A stretch of DNA of 64,000 nucleotides from Escherichia coli (GCF_045037415.1 NZ_CP173438.1), one strand, 5' to 3'; shown: positions 34,173-44,227, counted from the stretch's first letter. A program made the numbers and translations. The notes: generated by a model from the sequence alone, not told the origin.

Positions 34173-34388
34173 TTATCCGGGGCGATTTTCTGACCTTATC
34201 CGGTCCAGGGCATAAGTAATACCTTCTGCAAAAACAGAAGTATCAAACTGCTTTTGTATTCCCTGAAAATGAAAAGCGGCACGACAGACACTCAGTTCTC
34301 CGCGGTATAACCGGATAATATCTTCCAGAACATTGTTCACTGCTTCAGCACGGCGCTGATGTTCTGTTAACGTTAATCGGGGATTCAT
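34173..34388 (-). CDS. Hypothetical small protein (71 aa) in cargo module
   Basis: ORF only; its start overlaps the start of the divergent 134-aa ORF, so one of the two may be spurious. Confidence 0.25.
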   Translation of the reverse strand: MNPRLTLTEHQRRAEAVNNVLEDIIRLYRGELSVCRAAFHFQGIQKQFDTSVFAEGITYALDRIRSENRPG

Positions 34389-34791
34389 GATGCACTCCTT
34401 AAATGATGATTTTTATGTACTCACCGGCAAAATATTCTGCCGATTACTGAACACGCATCCGGCACCTCAGGTTTTGATTTATTCTGGTTTTTTCGATATC
34501 CCGGACCAGGTTGATCACGACCAGAAAAAGTGCCGGTGTTTTATTGATACGCTGATATGGCTTCGGGATAACAGCTATATTCGTTACTCTCAGTTGCTGG
34601 CTGTGGGAGCGGCTGATGTCGTCCTCACGGAAAAAACGCTCTGTCTGCTCAATGCCATGCCGACCTTTCTGCAGCCCCGGCCCGTACCATTTAAAGAGTC
34701 ACTTCTGGATGCAGTAAAAACCGGTGAAAATGCAGTCATCGCTGAATGCGTATCCCGGATTATGCGTTACGTGTTTAATGAACGTAAGTGA
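34387..34791 (+). CDS. Hypothetical protein (134 aa) in cargo module
   Basis: ORF only; convergent 25-nt overlap with the P-loop gene; no motif recognised. Confidence 0.3.
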   Translation: MMHSLNDDFYVLTGKIFCRLLNTHPAPQVLIYSGFFDIPDQVDHDQKKCRCFIDTLIWLRDNSYIRYSQLLAVGAADVVLTEKTLCLLNAMPTFLQPRPVPFKESLLDAVKTGENAVIAECVSRIMRYVFNERK

Positions 34792-35495
34792 GGTTTATCC
34801 GCTGTCTGCATAATCCCGATAGCCAGTGCGAGGGGAAGTAATTCCGGGGAAACTCTTTCAAACAGCGATGCCCATTCTCCTCTCGCCATCACTCTGTCCA
34901 GCCCGCCCTCCAGTTGCATTTCAGCAATCTTCCTGATTTCCCGGAACAACGCCGCTTTGATCTCTTCATGCTCAGCTTTATTTTCCGGTGTCAGAAGGTA
35001 TTCGTCGAAGAACCGGGGAGGCTGGTTAATCGGGATGTGTTCCTGTTTGCCGTACTTCGGGGACGAACAACATTCTGTTGACTGACCAGTGAGTTTACGT
35101 AACTCCTTCATGAGCAGCTCCTGATCGTAAACTGTCATCAGTGCCGCAATGGTGGCATGCAGTGCATCGGGCAGTATCCAGGGTTGCCGGCCCGTGGGGC
35201 ATATAACATCCAGCAGCTCATTCGTCCGACAGATACGCTCCTCGCCGTATGACAACAGGCCCTGTCCCGTGTATTCCTCCAGCCTGATCACTGTGCCAGC
35301 CCGTGGTTTCTGCCATGTGCTCAGATCATCCCCACTCATACGGCGCTCACCGTCCACGTCTGCGGCGTCGACAATGACGCTGTTTCCGAATTCCTGTTTC
35401 ACCACTTCCTCTATTCGCGCCAGTACGTAACTTTTACCGCTGCCCACAGGACCGGACACGGTGACAGTGATGACCGGATTCAGTGTCTGCGTCAT
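34767..35495 (-). CDS. P-loop NTPase-like protein of unknown function (242 aa)
   Basis: Walker A VTVSGPVGSGKSY at N-terminus; remainder unrecognised. Confidence 0.45.
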   Translation of the reverse strand: MTQTLNPVITVTVSGPVGSGKSYVLARIEEVVKQEFGNSVIVDAADVDGERRMSGDDLSTWQKPRAGTVIRLEEYTGQGLLSYGEERICRTNELLDVICPTGRQPWILPDALHATIAALMTVYDQELLMKELRKLTGQSTECCSSPKYGKQEHIPINQPPRFFDEYLLTPENKAEHEEIKAALFREIRKIAEMQLEGGLDRVMARGEWASLFERVSPELLPLALAIGIMQTADKPHLRSLNT

Positions 35496-35625
35496 ATCGT
35501 ATTCTCCTCTGTGAATAATTCATCGTTTATCCTGCACATCCCGTATCCCCGGCTCTCTTAACGCGCTTTAAAATCCTTCGCGCCCTGTATTTGTGATGCT
35601 GTCTCCACCAGATAAGGAGACACAC

Positions 35626-35976
35626 ATGAAAAACCTGAAAAAATTCATTCCCCCTGTTAAAAAACCTCGCCTCAGCGGCTGGCTGCTGACCTCAGTGCTG
35701 TTGCTGGGCACCATCGCTCTGGTCTCACCACAGCAGCTGCCTGTTGTGATCTACAAGCTGGCACTCATCACGCTGGCAGCAGTGCTGGGTTACTGGCTTG
35801 ACCGTTCGCTCTTCCCCAAAGCCCGTCCCGGTCAGTACCTGAAACATGACGACAGGCTGATGGCTGAAGGGCGTTTCCCGGTACAGACCGGCCTTCACCT
35901 GGTGTTTTCTGCTGCGTTAATCCGCCGTGCACTGATTGTTGCAGCGGTCTGCCTGGCTGTTGCGATGGGGCTTTAA
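35626..35976 (+). CDS. Putative holin / small membrane protein
   Basis: ORF 35593..35976; ATG at 35626 preceded by SD aaggaga; about 3 predicted TM segments; first gene of lysis cassette. Confidence 0.4.
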   Translation: MKNLKKFIPPVKKPRLSGWLLTSVLLLGTIALVSPQQLPVVIYKLALITLAAVLGYWLDRSLFPKARPGQYLKHDDRLMAEGRFPVQTGLHLVFSAALIRRALIVAAVCLAVAMGL

Positions 35977-35978
35977 TC

Positions 35979-36719
35979 ATGAACTGGCCGCAGATCACCT
36001 GGATTGTATGCATGTCCCTGAAACTGGCTTTCGAAGCCTTTCGGGTCTTCATCAGAACCGAACGCCTGTCAGTCCGCGCCGGGACCTTTCTGGTTCATAT
36101 GGCATGGGTATTCTTTGTCGCAATGTTGCTCTGGTGTGGCGGCTTTTTCAGCCAGGCATGCGCAGCACAACCTCCGCAGGCTGCGCTGCAGTATCGCGAT
36201 GATGTGATCCGTAATGCCCGGCTTGAATGGGGACTGTCTGCGCCGGTGGCCGATTTCGCCGCGCAACTGCATCAGGAAAGCGGCTGGCGACCTGATGCGA
36301 TCTCGCCGGCTGGCGCTCAGGGACTGGCGCAGTTCATGCCTGCCACTGCCGACTGGATAAGCCAGTTGATACCGATGCTGAGCAGTCGTGAGCCGTTTAA
36401 TCCGGCATGGGCTATCCGGGCGCTGGTCAGCTATGACCGCTGGCTGTGGCAGCGTGTCAGCGCCGCCAGTGACTGCGAGCGTATGGCCATGACACTGTCG
36501 GGCTATAACGGTGGTCTGGGCTGGGTACAACGGGACAGGCGGCTTGCATCACAGAAAGGTCTGGACAGCACCCGCTGGTTCGGACATGTCGCCACGGTGA
36601 ATGCCGGACGCAATGCGGCCAGCTGGCGGGAGAACCGCCATTATCCGCAGCGCATCCTGCGCGAACTGGCACCGCGATATCTCACATGGGGAGGCAGCAG
36701 TTGTGTGGCATCTGGTTAA
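35979..36719 (+). CDS. Endolysin, lytic transglycosylase (SLT domain) with hydrophobic N-terminus
   Basis: 246 aa; motif LHQESGWRPDAISPAGAQGLAQFMPATA typical of SLT domains; hydrophobic N-terminal stretch suggests signal or SAR anchor; true start may be internal. Confidence 0.65.
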   Translation: MNWPQITWIVCMSLKLAFEAFRVFIRTERLSVRAGTFLVHMAWVFFVAMLLWCGGFFSQACAAQPPQAALQYRDDVIRNARLEWGLSAPVADFAAQLHQESGWRPDAISPAGAQGLAQFMPATADWISQLIPMLSSREPFNPAWAIRALVSYDRWLWQRVSAASDCERMAMTLSGYNGGLGWVQRDRRLASQKGLDSTRWFGHVATVNAGRNAASWRENRHYPQRILRELAPRYLTWGGSSCVASG

Positions 36720-37353
36720 AAAGCTGCCGTGGCGCGGCATTCTGCTGGCCATTCTTATCAATGCCTTTCTGGTCGGCCTGTATGCCATGGGATACAGAAG
36801 TGGTCATGACTCTGCAAAGCGTGACGGTGATACCGCGCTAAGTCAGTTGCAGTCAGCATTTGACGCGTACAAAACGGAGCAGGCAACGCTTGAGAATGCT
36901 GCGCTGCGGGCCTGGGCCAGACGGTATCAGGAGCAGGTGGCCGCCGGGCAGCGGGCTGAAGCCGGTTATCTTGAGCAGATTGCTCAACTGGAGAGCCGGA
37001 ACAAACAACTACAGGGGCAAATTAACGATGTCACACAGCGCTGGATTGATGAAAAAGGTAAGAGTCATCCCATTGAGTGCGTGTTTACTCGCGGTTTCGT
37101 GCGCCAGTACAACGCCGCACTCGGATATGACAACGCATCCGTCGACACCGGTCATTCAGACTCAGTTGCCGCCACTGGCACCCGCTCTGGCACAGCGACC
37201 GGGCAACCTGAAACCACTGACACCCGGTTACGCGATTCGGGTGTCTCCCAGCGTGACGTTCTCGCCAACATCATCGACAACGCATGGCAATGTCGTCGCT
37301 GGCGGAACCAGATAAACGCGCTGCTGGATGAACGGGAAGGATTACAGAAATGA
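36703..37353 (+). CDS. Rz-like i-spanin
   Basis: ORF 36601..37353; GTG at 36703 preceded by ggagg; N-terminal TM (ILLAILINAFLVGLYAM) then coiled-coil. Confidence 0.5.
   Translation: MWHLVKKLPWRGILLAILINAFLVGLYAMGYRSGHDSAKRDGDTALSQLQSAFDAYKTEQATLENAALRAWARRYQEQVAAGQRAEAGYLEQIAQLESRNKQLQGQINDVTQRWIDEKGKSHPIECVFTRGFVRQYNAALGYDNASVDTGHSDSVAATGTRSGTATGQPETTDTRLRDSGVSQRDVLANIIDNAWQCRRWRNQINALLDEREGLQK
37049..37315 (+). CDS. Rz1-like o-spanin lipoprotein embedded in Rz (+1 frame)
   Basis: Within ORF 36860..37315; MKKVRVIPLSAC with lipobox LSAC; Pro-rich mature region. Confidence 0.5.
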   Translation: MKKVRVIPLSACLLAVSCASTTPHSDMTTHPSTPVIQTQLPPLAPALAQRPGNLKPLTPGYAIRVSPSVTFSPTSSTTHGNVVAGGTR

Positions 37354-37676
37354 CACTGCAGGTTGAATTCTGGACGGTGGTGAGTTTTCTGCTCACCTTC
37401 ATGAGGTTTGTGGGAGGGCTCGCCAAATGGTTGTTCAGTAAAACAGAAGAACGCCAGGCGGCACGATTCGCCTCCCTTGAACAGGCCCTGCAACAATCCG
37501 CCTCCAACTGGGGCGAGCTGGAAAAAGAATTTATGCGATTTAAAGCGGATTTACCGCTGAATTATGTCCGTCGAGAGGATTATATCCGTGGCCAGACAGT
37601 CATTGAGGCCAAACTGGACGCGCTTTATAACAAACTGGAAGTGGTACAGCAGTACCGCAATACCGGAGGTCAATAA
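37350..37676 (+). CDS. Membrane-anchored phage protein (108 aa)
   Basis: N-terminal TM helix then helical region. Confidence 0.4.
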   Translation: MTLQVEFWTVVSFLLTFMRFVGGLAKWLFSKTEERQAARFASLEQALQQSASNWGELEKEFMRFKADLPLNYVRREDYIRGQTVIEAKLDALYNKLEVVQQYRNTGGQ

Positions 37677-37987
37677 TGGTCGATATTACCCGGGTACGCC
37701 GCGAATCCCTGCGCTGGAGTCTGCTGGTTGCCCTGAACAAGACCCGCCCTTACACCGCCAGCGAGACGCTGCTGCTGGATGTGTCCCGTGCCATCTACCC
37801 GGACACCACACCGCTGGAACTGCGCCGCGAACTGGATTATCTGGCTGACCGTAAAATGGTTGAGCTGGAGAAAAAACCTTCTGGCGACTGGTTTGCTGAC
37901 CTGACCCGCCTCGGCGTAGACCTGGTGGAATACACCGTGGAATGTGGTCCGGGTATTGCCCGCCCGGAAAAGTACTGGAGTGAATAA
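37676..37987 (+). CDS. Hypothetical phage protein (103 aa)
   Basis: Start/stop coupled (ATGG overlap) within late operon. Confidence 0.35.
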   Translation: MVDITRVRRESLRWSLLVALNKTRPYTASETLLLDVSRAIYPDTTPLELRRELDYLADRKMVELEKKPSGDWFADLTRLGVDLVEYTVECGPGIARPEKYWSE

Positions 37988-38532
37988 TGGCCAGACGCAG
38001 CACAATAGAAAAGCTGCCGGAAGACGTGCGCCGCTGGCTTGAACGGGCGCTGACTGAATCCGGCTTCAGCGGGTATAACGAGCTGGAGTCACTGTTGCGT
38101 GAGCGGGGGTACGTCATCAGCAAATCCGCTATCCATCGCTATGGACAGAAGATTGAGCGCCGCTATGGTGCTATCCGTGCGGCAACAGAAGCGGCCCGCA
38201 TGCTGACCGAAGGCGCAGCAGACGATCAGGATGCGCGTTCGGAGGCTGTGATAGCCCTTATTCAGACCGAGCTGTTCGAGAGTATTGTCCAGTTGCAGGA
38301 GGCGGAAGAAGGCGAAGTCGATCCTAAAGAACGCGTGGCCCTGCTGTCGAAGGTGGCGAAGAATGTGGCTACGCTGTCCCGCGCGTCCGTCAACCTCAAA
38401 AAGTTCCAGTCTGAAGTACGGGCCAGAGCGCAGCAGGCAGCCAGCAACGCCGAGAAAATTGCCCGTAAGGGGGGACTGTCAAGCGACGCAGTACAGGCGC
38501 TTCGTCGCGAGATTCTGGGGATTGCCACATGA
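37987..38532 (+). CDS. Putative terminase small subunit (Mu gp27-like)
   Basis: 181 aa; immediately upstream of large terminase; helical, basic N-terminus. Confidence 0.5.
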   Translation: MARRSTIEKLPEDVRRWLERALTESGFSGYNELESLLRERGYVISKSAIHRYGQKIERRYGAIRAATEAARMLTEGAADDQDARSEAVIALIQTELFESIVQLQEAEEGEVDPKERVALLSKVAKNVATLSRASVNLKKFQSEVRARAQQAASNAEKIARKGGLSSDAVQALRREILGIAT

Positions 38533-40124
38533 CAAAATCATCCGGAGTGATTTTAAACGCCGCTGGCGGCGGCCCCGAAGGGATGAGTCCCATGGACGGG
38601 AGGAATAACCTTGCTCCCGTTTTGCCTGATACCTCGGCGCTGGATGCCCCTCCCGTTCTGTTGCCTTACCAGCAGCGCTGGGTGGCAGACACCTCTCCGC
38701 TTAAGGTGATAGAAAAGAGCCGTCGTACCGGTATTACATGGGCTGAGGCATCCGATAACGTACTGACCGCCGCCTCTTCTGCGCCAGCAGGCGGGATGAA
38801 TGTGTATTACATCGCTTATAACCAGGACATGACCGTCGAATACATTCAGGCGTGTGCGATGTGGGCACGGGCATTCAACTATGCGGCCAGTGAAATTGAA
38901 GAAGGATTCTGGGAAGAGGACGACGACGACAAACACATCAAGACTTACACCATCAAATTTCCTGACTCCGGCTTTCGTATTGTTGCGCTCTCCAGCCGCC
39001 CGTCTAACCTGCGTGGCCGTCAGGGTATTATTGTTATCGACGAAGCGGCGTTCCATGAGCAACTGGACGAACTGCTGAAAGCGGCGCTGGCGATGCTTAT
39101 CTGGGGGGGAAAGGTACGCGTTATCTCCACCCATGACGGTGACGACAATCCGTTCAATACGCTTATCGGGGATATCCGTGCCGGACGTCAGGGAGGCAGC
39201 ATACATCGCATCACTTTCCGGGAAGCCGTATCTGAGGGGCTGTTCCGGCGCGTCTGTCTGCGCACCGGGAAGGAATGGTCGGAGGCATCCGAGCAGGCCT
39301 GGATGGCATCGGTGTACAAATTCTACGGTGCCGGCGCATCCGAAGAGCTTGACTGTATTCCGGCCAACGGTGGCGGTGCCTGGCTGTCCCGTGCCCTGAT
39401 AGAGTCCCGCATGTCCGCTGATACGCCGGTATTGCGTCTGACCTGCAAGGAAGGTTATGAACTGCTGTCTGATGAGGTTCGCTTCCGCGAGACGCAGGAC
39501 TGGCTTGATGAGTATCTGAAACCATTGCTGGAGGCACTCCCCACTGATGCCCGCTCTTTCCTGGGGCGCGACTTTGGCCGTAGCGGTGATTTGTCGGTGG
39601 ACTATCCCCTGCTGCAGGAGAAGAACCTGGTACGACGCGTGCCATTCGTACTGGAGCTGCGTAACGTGCCGTTCAGACAGCAGGAGCAAATCACCTGGTA
39701 TCTGATGGATGGCCTGCCCGGTCTGCTGGGTGCAGCGTTTGATGCCCGTGGTAATGGTGCCTATCTGGCTGAATACGCCATGCAGCGCTACGGCTCCGGC
39801 CGGGTTCAGCAGGTGATGCCAACCGAAGGCTGGTACCGGGAGCATATGCCTCCGGTCAAAGCTGCACTGGAAGACGGCAACCTGGTGGACTTACCAAAGG
39901 ATGAAGACACACTGGATGACCTGCGGGCCGTTCAGGTGGTGAACGGTGTCCCCCGCGTACCGGAGCAACGCTCAAAAGCAAAGGCTGACGGTGGTAAACG
40001 CCACGGGGATTCAGCCATCGCACTGGCGCTGGCGTATTTCGCCAGCCGTGAAATTAACAAAGGGCCGGTGAAGGCAAGCTCACGCCGTCGTCGTCAGGCG
40101 GCCCGTATGCTGGAGGGATTCTGA
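38529..40124 (+). CDS. Terminase large subunit (Mu gp28-like)
   Basis: 531 aa; ATPase region with Walker B-like IIVIDEAAF; nuclease C-terminal region; followed by portal. Confidence 0.7.
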   Translation: MTKSSGVILNAAGGGPEGMSPMDGRNNLAPVLPDTSALDAPPVLLPYQQRWVADTSPLKVIEKSRRTGITWAEASDNVLTAASSAPAGGMNVYYIAYNQDMTVEYIQACAMWARAFNYAASEIEEGFWEEDDDDKHIKTYTIKFPDSGFRIVALSSRPSNLRGRQGIIVIDEAAFHEQLDELLKAALAMLIWGGKVRVISTHDGDDNPFNTLIGDIRAGRQGGSIHRITFREAVSEGLFRRVCLRTGKEWSEASEQAWMASVYKFYGAGASEELDCIPANGGGAWLSRALIESRMSADTPVLRLTCKEGYELLSDEVRFRETQDWLDEYLKPLLEALPTDARSFLGRDFGRSGDLSVDYPLLQEKNLVRRVPFVLELRNVPFRQQEQITWYLMDGLPGLLGAAFDARGNGAYLAEYAMQRYGSGRVQQVMPTEGWYREHMPPVKAALEDGNLVDLPKDEDTLDDLRAVQVVNGVPRVPEQRSKAKADGGKRHGDSAIALALAYFASREINKGPVKASSRRRRQAARMLEGF

Positions 40125-41620
40125 TGGCGAGGGGTATCTGGGTTTCACCCGATGAATTTGTTGCTTTTTCTGAGCCTCAGAAATCACTGACCGCGCAGAT
40201 TGCCTCCCGCAGCCGCGCGATCGACTTTTACGGACTGGGCATGTATCTGCCCAATCCTGATCCCATTCTCAAGGCTCAGGGACGGGATATCCGTATCTAC
40301 CGCGAACTGCGCACCGACCCGCTGGTCGGGGGCTGTATCCGCAGACGTAAAGCAGCGCTCAAATCGCTGGAGCGTGGACTGGAGCGTGGTCACGCCTCTG
40401 CCCGGGTCTTCCGTTTCATCCGCGACATGCTCGACGATCTGGATCTGTCCCGCATCATCGGTGAAATGAGCGATGCCGTGCTCTACGGGTATCAGCCCTG
40501 TGAAATCATGTGGGGCCGTTCGGTCAGGTCGTGGGCGGTGACGGATATTGTCGGCAAACCGCCTGAGTGGTTTCAGTTTGATACGGACAACTGCCTGCGC
40601 TTTCGGGCGCGTGATGCGGGTGTGGAGGGTGAGCTGCTGTCACCGTCAAAATTCGTGGTGCCGGCACAGGATGCCTCGTATGACAATCCTTACGGTTTCC
40701 CGGACCTGTCCATGTGCTTCTGGCCGGTCGCCTTCAAGAAAGGCGGGATGAAATTCTGGCTCCGCTTTGCCGAAAAGTTTGGCTCCCCGTGGGTGATCGG
40801 TAAGCACCCGAGGGGCGCAAATGATGCAGAGATTGAAAAACTGCTGGACTCCATGGAGCAGATGGTGGAGGACGCGGTGGCCGCCATCCCCGATGACAGC
40901 AGTATTGAGCTCAGGGCAGCGGATGGCAAGGCAGACAGCAGCGAGGTATTTCGCGAGCTGATCACACTGTCACGCAGTGAGATCTCCATTGCATTACTCG
41001 GTCAGAATCAGACCACGGAAGCGAACAGTAACAAGGCCTCTGCACAGGCCGGGCTGGAGGTAACGGCTGATATCCGCGATGCGGATGCGGACATCATTCA
41101 GGCGGCAGTGAATCAGGTCATCAGAACGGTGGTCACCCTGAACTTCGGCGATGTGCCGTGTCCGGTCTGGGCCATGTGGGAACAGGAGGCCATTGATGAC
41201 ACCCGTGCCACCCGCGACGAAAAACTCACCCGGGCGGGTCTGCGTCTGACCCCGCAGTACTTCAAGCGTGAGTACCAACTGCAGGACGGCGATATTGACG
41301 AGACACCACCGTCGGAACGCCAGAATAACATGCTGCCGCTGTCATTTGCCGAGGCGATTGATGCTGATATTCAGGCTCAGCAGCAGCTTGACGACGCGCT
41401 GGACATTCTGATGAACGGAGGCGCGTTAAATGGCACGCTGGAACCCGTCCTGGCACCTCTGTTCAGGCGGGTCGAAAACGGGGTTAACCCGTCTGAGCTG
41501 CTGGGCGAACTGGCGGAGCTCTACCCTCAGATGAACACGGACGATCTGCAGGAGCGGCTGGCCCGCATTCTCTTTGTGGCAAATATCCGGGGACGTCTGC
41601 ATGAGCGTGACAACGGCTGA
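40124..41620 (+). CDS. Portal protein (Mu gp29-like)
   Basis: 498 aa; gene order terminase-portal-F. Confidence 0.65.
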   Translation: MARGIWVSPDEFVAFSEPQKSLTAQIASRSRAIDFYGLGMYLPNPDPILKAQGRDIRIYRELRTDPLVGGCIRRRKAALKSLERGLERGHASARVFRFIRDMLDDLDLSRIIGEMSDAVLYGYQPCEIMWGRSVRSWAVTDIVGKPPEWFQFDTDNCLRFRARDAGVEGELLSPSKFVVPAQDASYDNPYGFPDLSMCFWPVAFKKGGMKFWLRFAEKFGSPWVIGKHPRGANDAEIEKLLDSMEQMVEDAVAAIPDDSSIELRAADGKADSSEVFRELITLSRSEISIALLGQNQTTEANSNKASAQAGLEVTADIRDADADIIQAAVNQVIRTVVTLNFGDVPCPVWAMWEQEAIDDTRATRDEKLTRAGLRLTPQYFKREYQLQDGDIDETPPSERQNNMLPLSFAEAIDADIQAQQQLDDALDILMNGGALNGTLEPVLAPLFRRVENGVNPSELLGELAELYPQMNTDDLQERLARILFVANIRGRLHERDNG

Positions 41621-42422
41621 ACTGGCGTACTGCATGACGCTTCCCCCGAAGCGGGCAATCAACTACCTGAAGTCCAAAGGATATCAGATTACCTGGGACT
41701 GGGAAGAAATGTGGCAGGAGGCCCATGCCCGCGCCTTTACCGTTGCTAAAGTGACCCGCCTGGATATCCTGGAAGATATTCGCGGGGCACTGCAGCAGGC
41801 TGTCGATGAAGGAAAAACCGATCGCTGGTTCCGGCAGGAGCTGGAGCCGGTGCTGAAGCGTAAGGGATGGTGGGGACCACGTGACACGACTGACCCGGTA
41901 ACGGGTGAGCCGGTCACCATTCAGCAGGGCAGTCCGTGGCGGCTCGATACCATCTTTCGCACCAATATGTCCGTACTCTACAGCGCCGGTCGTTGGGCGG
42001 AACAGATGGAAAACGTCGACGACAGGCCGTACTGGATGTATACCGGCATCAACGACAGCCATACCCGCAGGAGCCATCTGGCGCTGCATGGTCTGGTGCT
42101 GCGCTGGGATGACCCGTTCTGGCAGGCATTTTACCCGCCGAACGGCTGGCGCTGCCGCTGTAGTGTTATTGCCCTGAGTGCGGCGGATGTACGTGCCCGT
42201 GGCCTGAAGGTTATCAGCTCCGGCTCTGCCATGGGCCAGGAACTGAAACTGGTCTCAGAGAAAACCGGCGAAATGCGGAACGTGGCCACCTTTAATACCG
42301 GCACCACGAAGGTGACCACCGACGTCGGCTGGTCTTATGCTCCGGGGGCAGCATACCGTCCCGACCTGGCCCGCTATCAGGGTACGCTTCAGCCACTGGC
42401 ACAACAGGAACTGAGAGGATAA
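41601..42422 (+). CDS. Head morphogenesis protein (Mu F-like)
   Basis: ORF 41574..42422; ATG at 41601; follows portal. Confidence 0.6.
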   Translation: MSVTTAELAYCMTLPPKRAINYLKSKGYQITWDWEEMWQEAHARAFTVAKVTRLDILEDIRGALQQAVDEGKTDRWFRQELEPVLKRKGWWGPRDTTDPVTGEPVTIQQGSPWRLDTIFRTNMSVLYSAGRWAEQMENVDDRPYWMYTGINDSHTRRSHLALHGLVLRWDDPFWQAFYPPNGWRCRCSVIALSAADVRARGLKVISSGSAMGQELKLVSEKTGEMRNVATFNTGTTKVTTDVGWSYAPGAAYRPDLARYQGTLQPLAQQELRG

Positions 42423-42424
42423 CA

Positions 42425-42883
42425 ATGGCTTCCGATAACCTGGTCAGTATCACCATTAACGATAAGTCCCTGCGCCGGAGCCTCCGTGCGCTGGATCTTG
42501 CTGCCACAGACCTGGAGCCCGCGATGCGCAAAATCGCCGGAACCCTGCTGGCGGAAACACAGTTTAACTTTCTTGATGAGGGGCGTCCGGGGTGGATGCC
42601 CTCGCTGGCAGCGGAAGAACGTGACGGGCAGACACTGCAGGATACCGGGCGTCTGATGGGGTCAGTATCAACCGACCATGACGACCGGCAGGCTGTTGTG
42701 GGGACCAACGTTGTTTACGGTGCCATTCACCAGTTCGGGGGTAAAACGGGGCGTAATGAGTCTGTTGAACTTCCGGCCCGCCCGTTCCTGCCGGTGACGG
42801 GGGATGGAGAACTACAGCCTGAAGTGGTAATCCCCATCCTCGATACCATTGTCCGCCATCTTGAATCAGCGGCCCGTCGCTGA
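42425..42883 (+). CDS. Virion morphogenesis protein (Mu G-like)
   Basis: 152 aa; position after F-like gene. Confidence 0.5.
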   Translation: MASDNLVSITINDKSLRRSLRALDLAATDLEPAMRKIAGTLLAETQFNFLDEGRPGWMPSLAAEERDGQTLQDTGRLMGSVSTDHDDRQAVVGTNVVYGAIHQFGGKTGRNESVELPARPFLPVTGDGELQPEVVIPILDTIVRHLESAARR

Positions 42884-43097
42884 GTTTTCTCTCTTCAGGC
42901 GGGTGATTTATCATTGCCAGCGAATGAGGGGCTGTATTACCTTTATAAAGGCTTTACAGCCTCTGTTTTATAACCGCCTCCGGTTCACCGCATTGCTTTC
43001 CCTGTCCTTCTCCCCTGATGTTTTCTAAAGCAGATTAAAATCGCCGGGCCTGCATTTCTCACAAACTGTCTCCGACAACATAACGCGGGACAGCAAA

Positions 43098-44213
43098 ATG
43101 TCAGCCATTCACATTTTTAAAGCCGGTACTCATACCGATATGCACGGCAAAAAACTGCCGTTCACGCCAGACGATCTTGCCGCCTGCGTGAAAGCCTATG
43201 ACCCGTCCGTCCATGAAGCACCACTCGTGATTGGTCATCCCAGAACGGAAGACCCGGCGTGGGGCTGGGTGAAAGCCCTGTCGCTCAGCGGCGTCGATCT
43301 GATGGCAGAGCCTGCCCAGCTGGACCCGCAGTTTGCTGAGATGGTCACCGACGGACGATTCAAAAAAGTGTCCGCCTCTTTCTACCTCCCGGATTCACCG
43401 TCCAATCCGAAGCCCGGCGTGCTCTACCTTCGCCATGTGGGCTTTCTCGGGGCACAGCCACCTTCCGTCAAGGGGCTGAAACAGGTGTCCTTCAGTGAGC
43501 AGGAAGAAGGTGTGGTGGAGTTCGCCGACTGGCAGGCCATCACGAATGCCTCCCTGTGGGGAAAGCTGCGCGATTTTCTGATCGCCCGCTTCAGTCTGGA
43601 CGAGGCAGAAAAAGTCCTGCCGGAATGGCAGCTCAACAGTCTGCGCGAAGAGGCGTACCGCGACACACTGTCGCAGGATGCAGCAGGTGCACAATTCAGT
43701 GAGACAGGCCCGGGGCCGTCTTCCGCAAGTAACGAGGAATCATCGATGACAAAAGAAGAGATTGAAGCCCTTCAGGAGGAGAACCGCCGCCTGAAGCAGC
43801 AGGCTGCTGATCGCGATGCGCGTGATGCACAGGTCAGACAGGAGCAACTGCATAAGGACAATGTGGCCTTTGCAGAAAAACTGGTCGCAGAGGGCCGTCT
43901 GGCTCCCCGCGCCTCCTCCGTGGTGGTTGCCCTGCTGGATGCCGTCGCCGGTGGCGACAAGCCGGTGGAGTTTGCTGAGGGGGAAAGCCGCACACCGCTG
44001 GCCACCGCCTTTCGTTCATTGCTCTCCGACGGGGAGCCGGTGATGAATTTCGCCGAACAGGCCACAAAAGAGCGTGTCGGCGACACGGTGAAGGTGGATG
44101 TGGCAGAGTTTGCGGAAGCCGATCCTGAGCGTCTGGCCCTGCATCAGAAAGCAGTGGCCCTGTCCAAAAAAGAAGGCATCAGCTATGAGGCTGCTGTCGC
44201 ACGCTGCCTGTAA
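43098..44213 (+). CDS. Head protease/scaffold (Mu I-like)
   Basis: 371 aa; precedes major head gene; acidic helical C-terminal half consistent with scaffold. Confidence 0.55.
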   Translation: MSAIHIFKAGTHTDMHGKKLPFTPDDLAACVKAYDPSVHEAPLVIGHPRTEDPAWGWVKALSLSGVDLMAEPAQLDPQFAEMVTDGRFKKVSASFYLPDSPSNPKPGVLYLRHVGFLGAQPPSVKGLKQVSFSEQEEGVVEFADWQAITNASLWGKLRDFLIARFSLDEAEKVLPEWQLNSLREEAYRDTLSQDAAGAQFSETGPGPSSASNEESSMTKEEIEALQEENRRLKQQAADRDARDAQVRQEQLHKDNVAFAEKLVAEGRLAPRASSVVVALLDAVAGGDKPVEFAEGESRTPLATAFRSLLSDGEPVMNFAEQATKERVGDTVKVDVAEFAEADPERLALHQKAVALSKKEGISYEAAVARCL

Positions 44214-44227
44214 TTTAAGGAGAGAGC

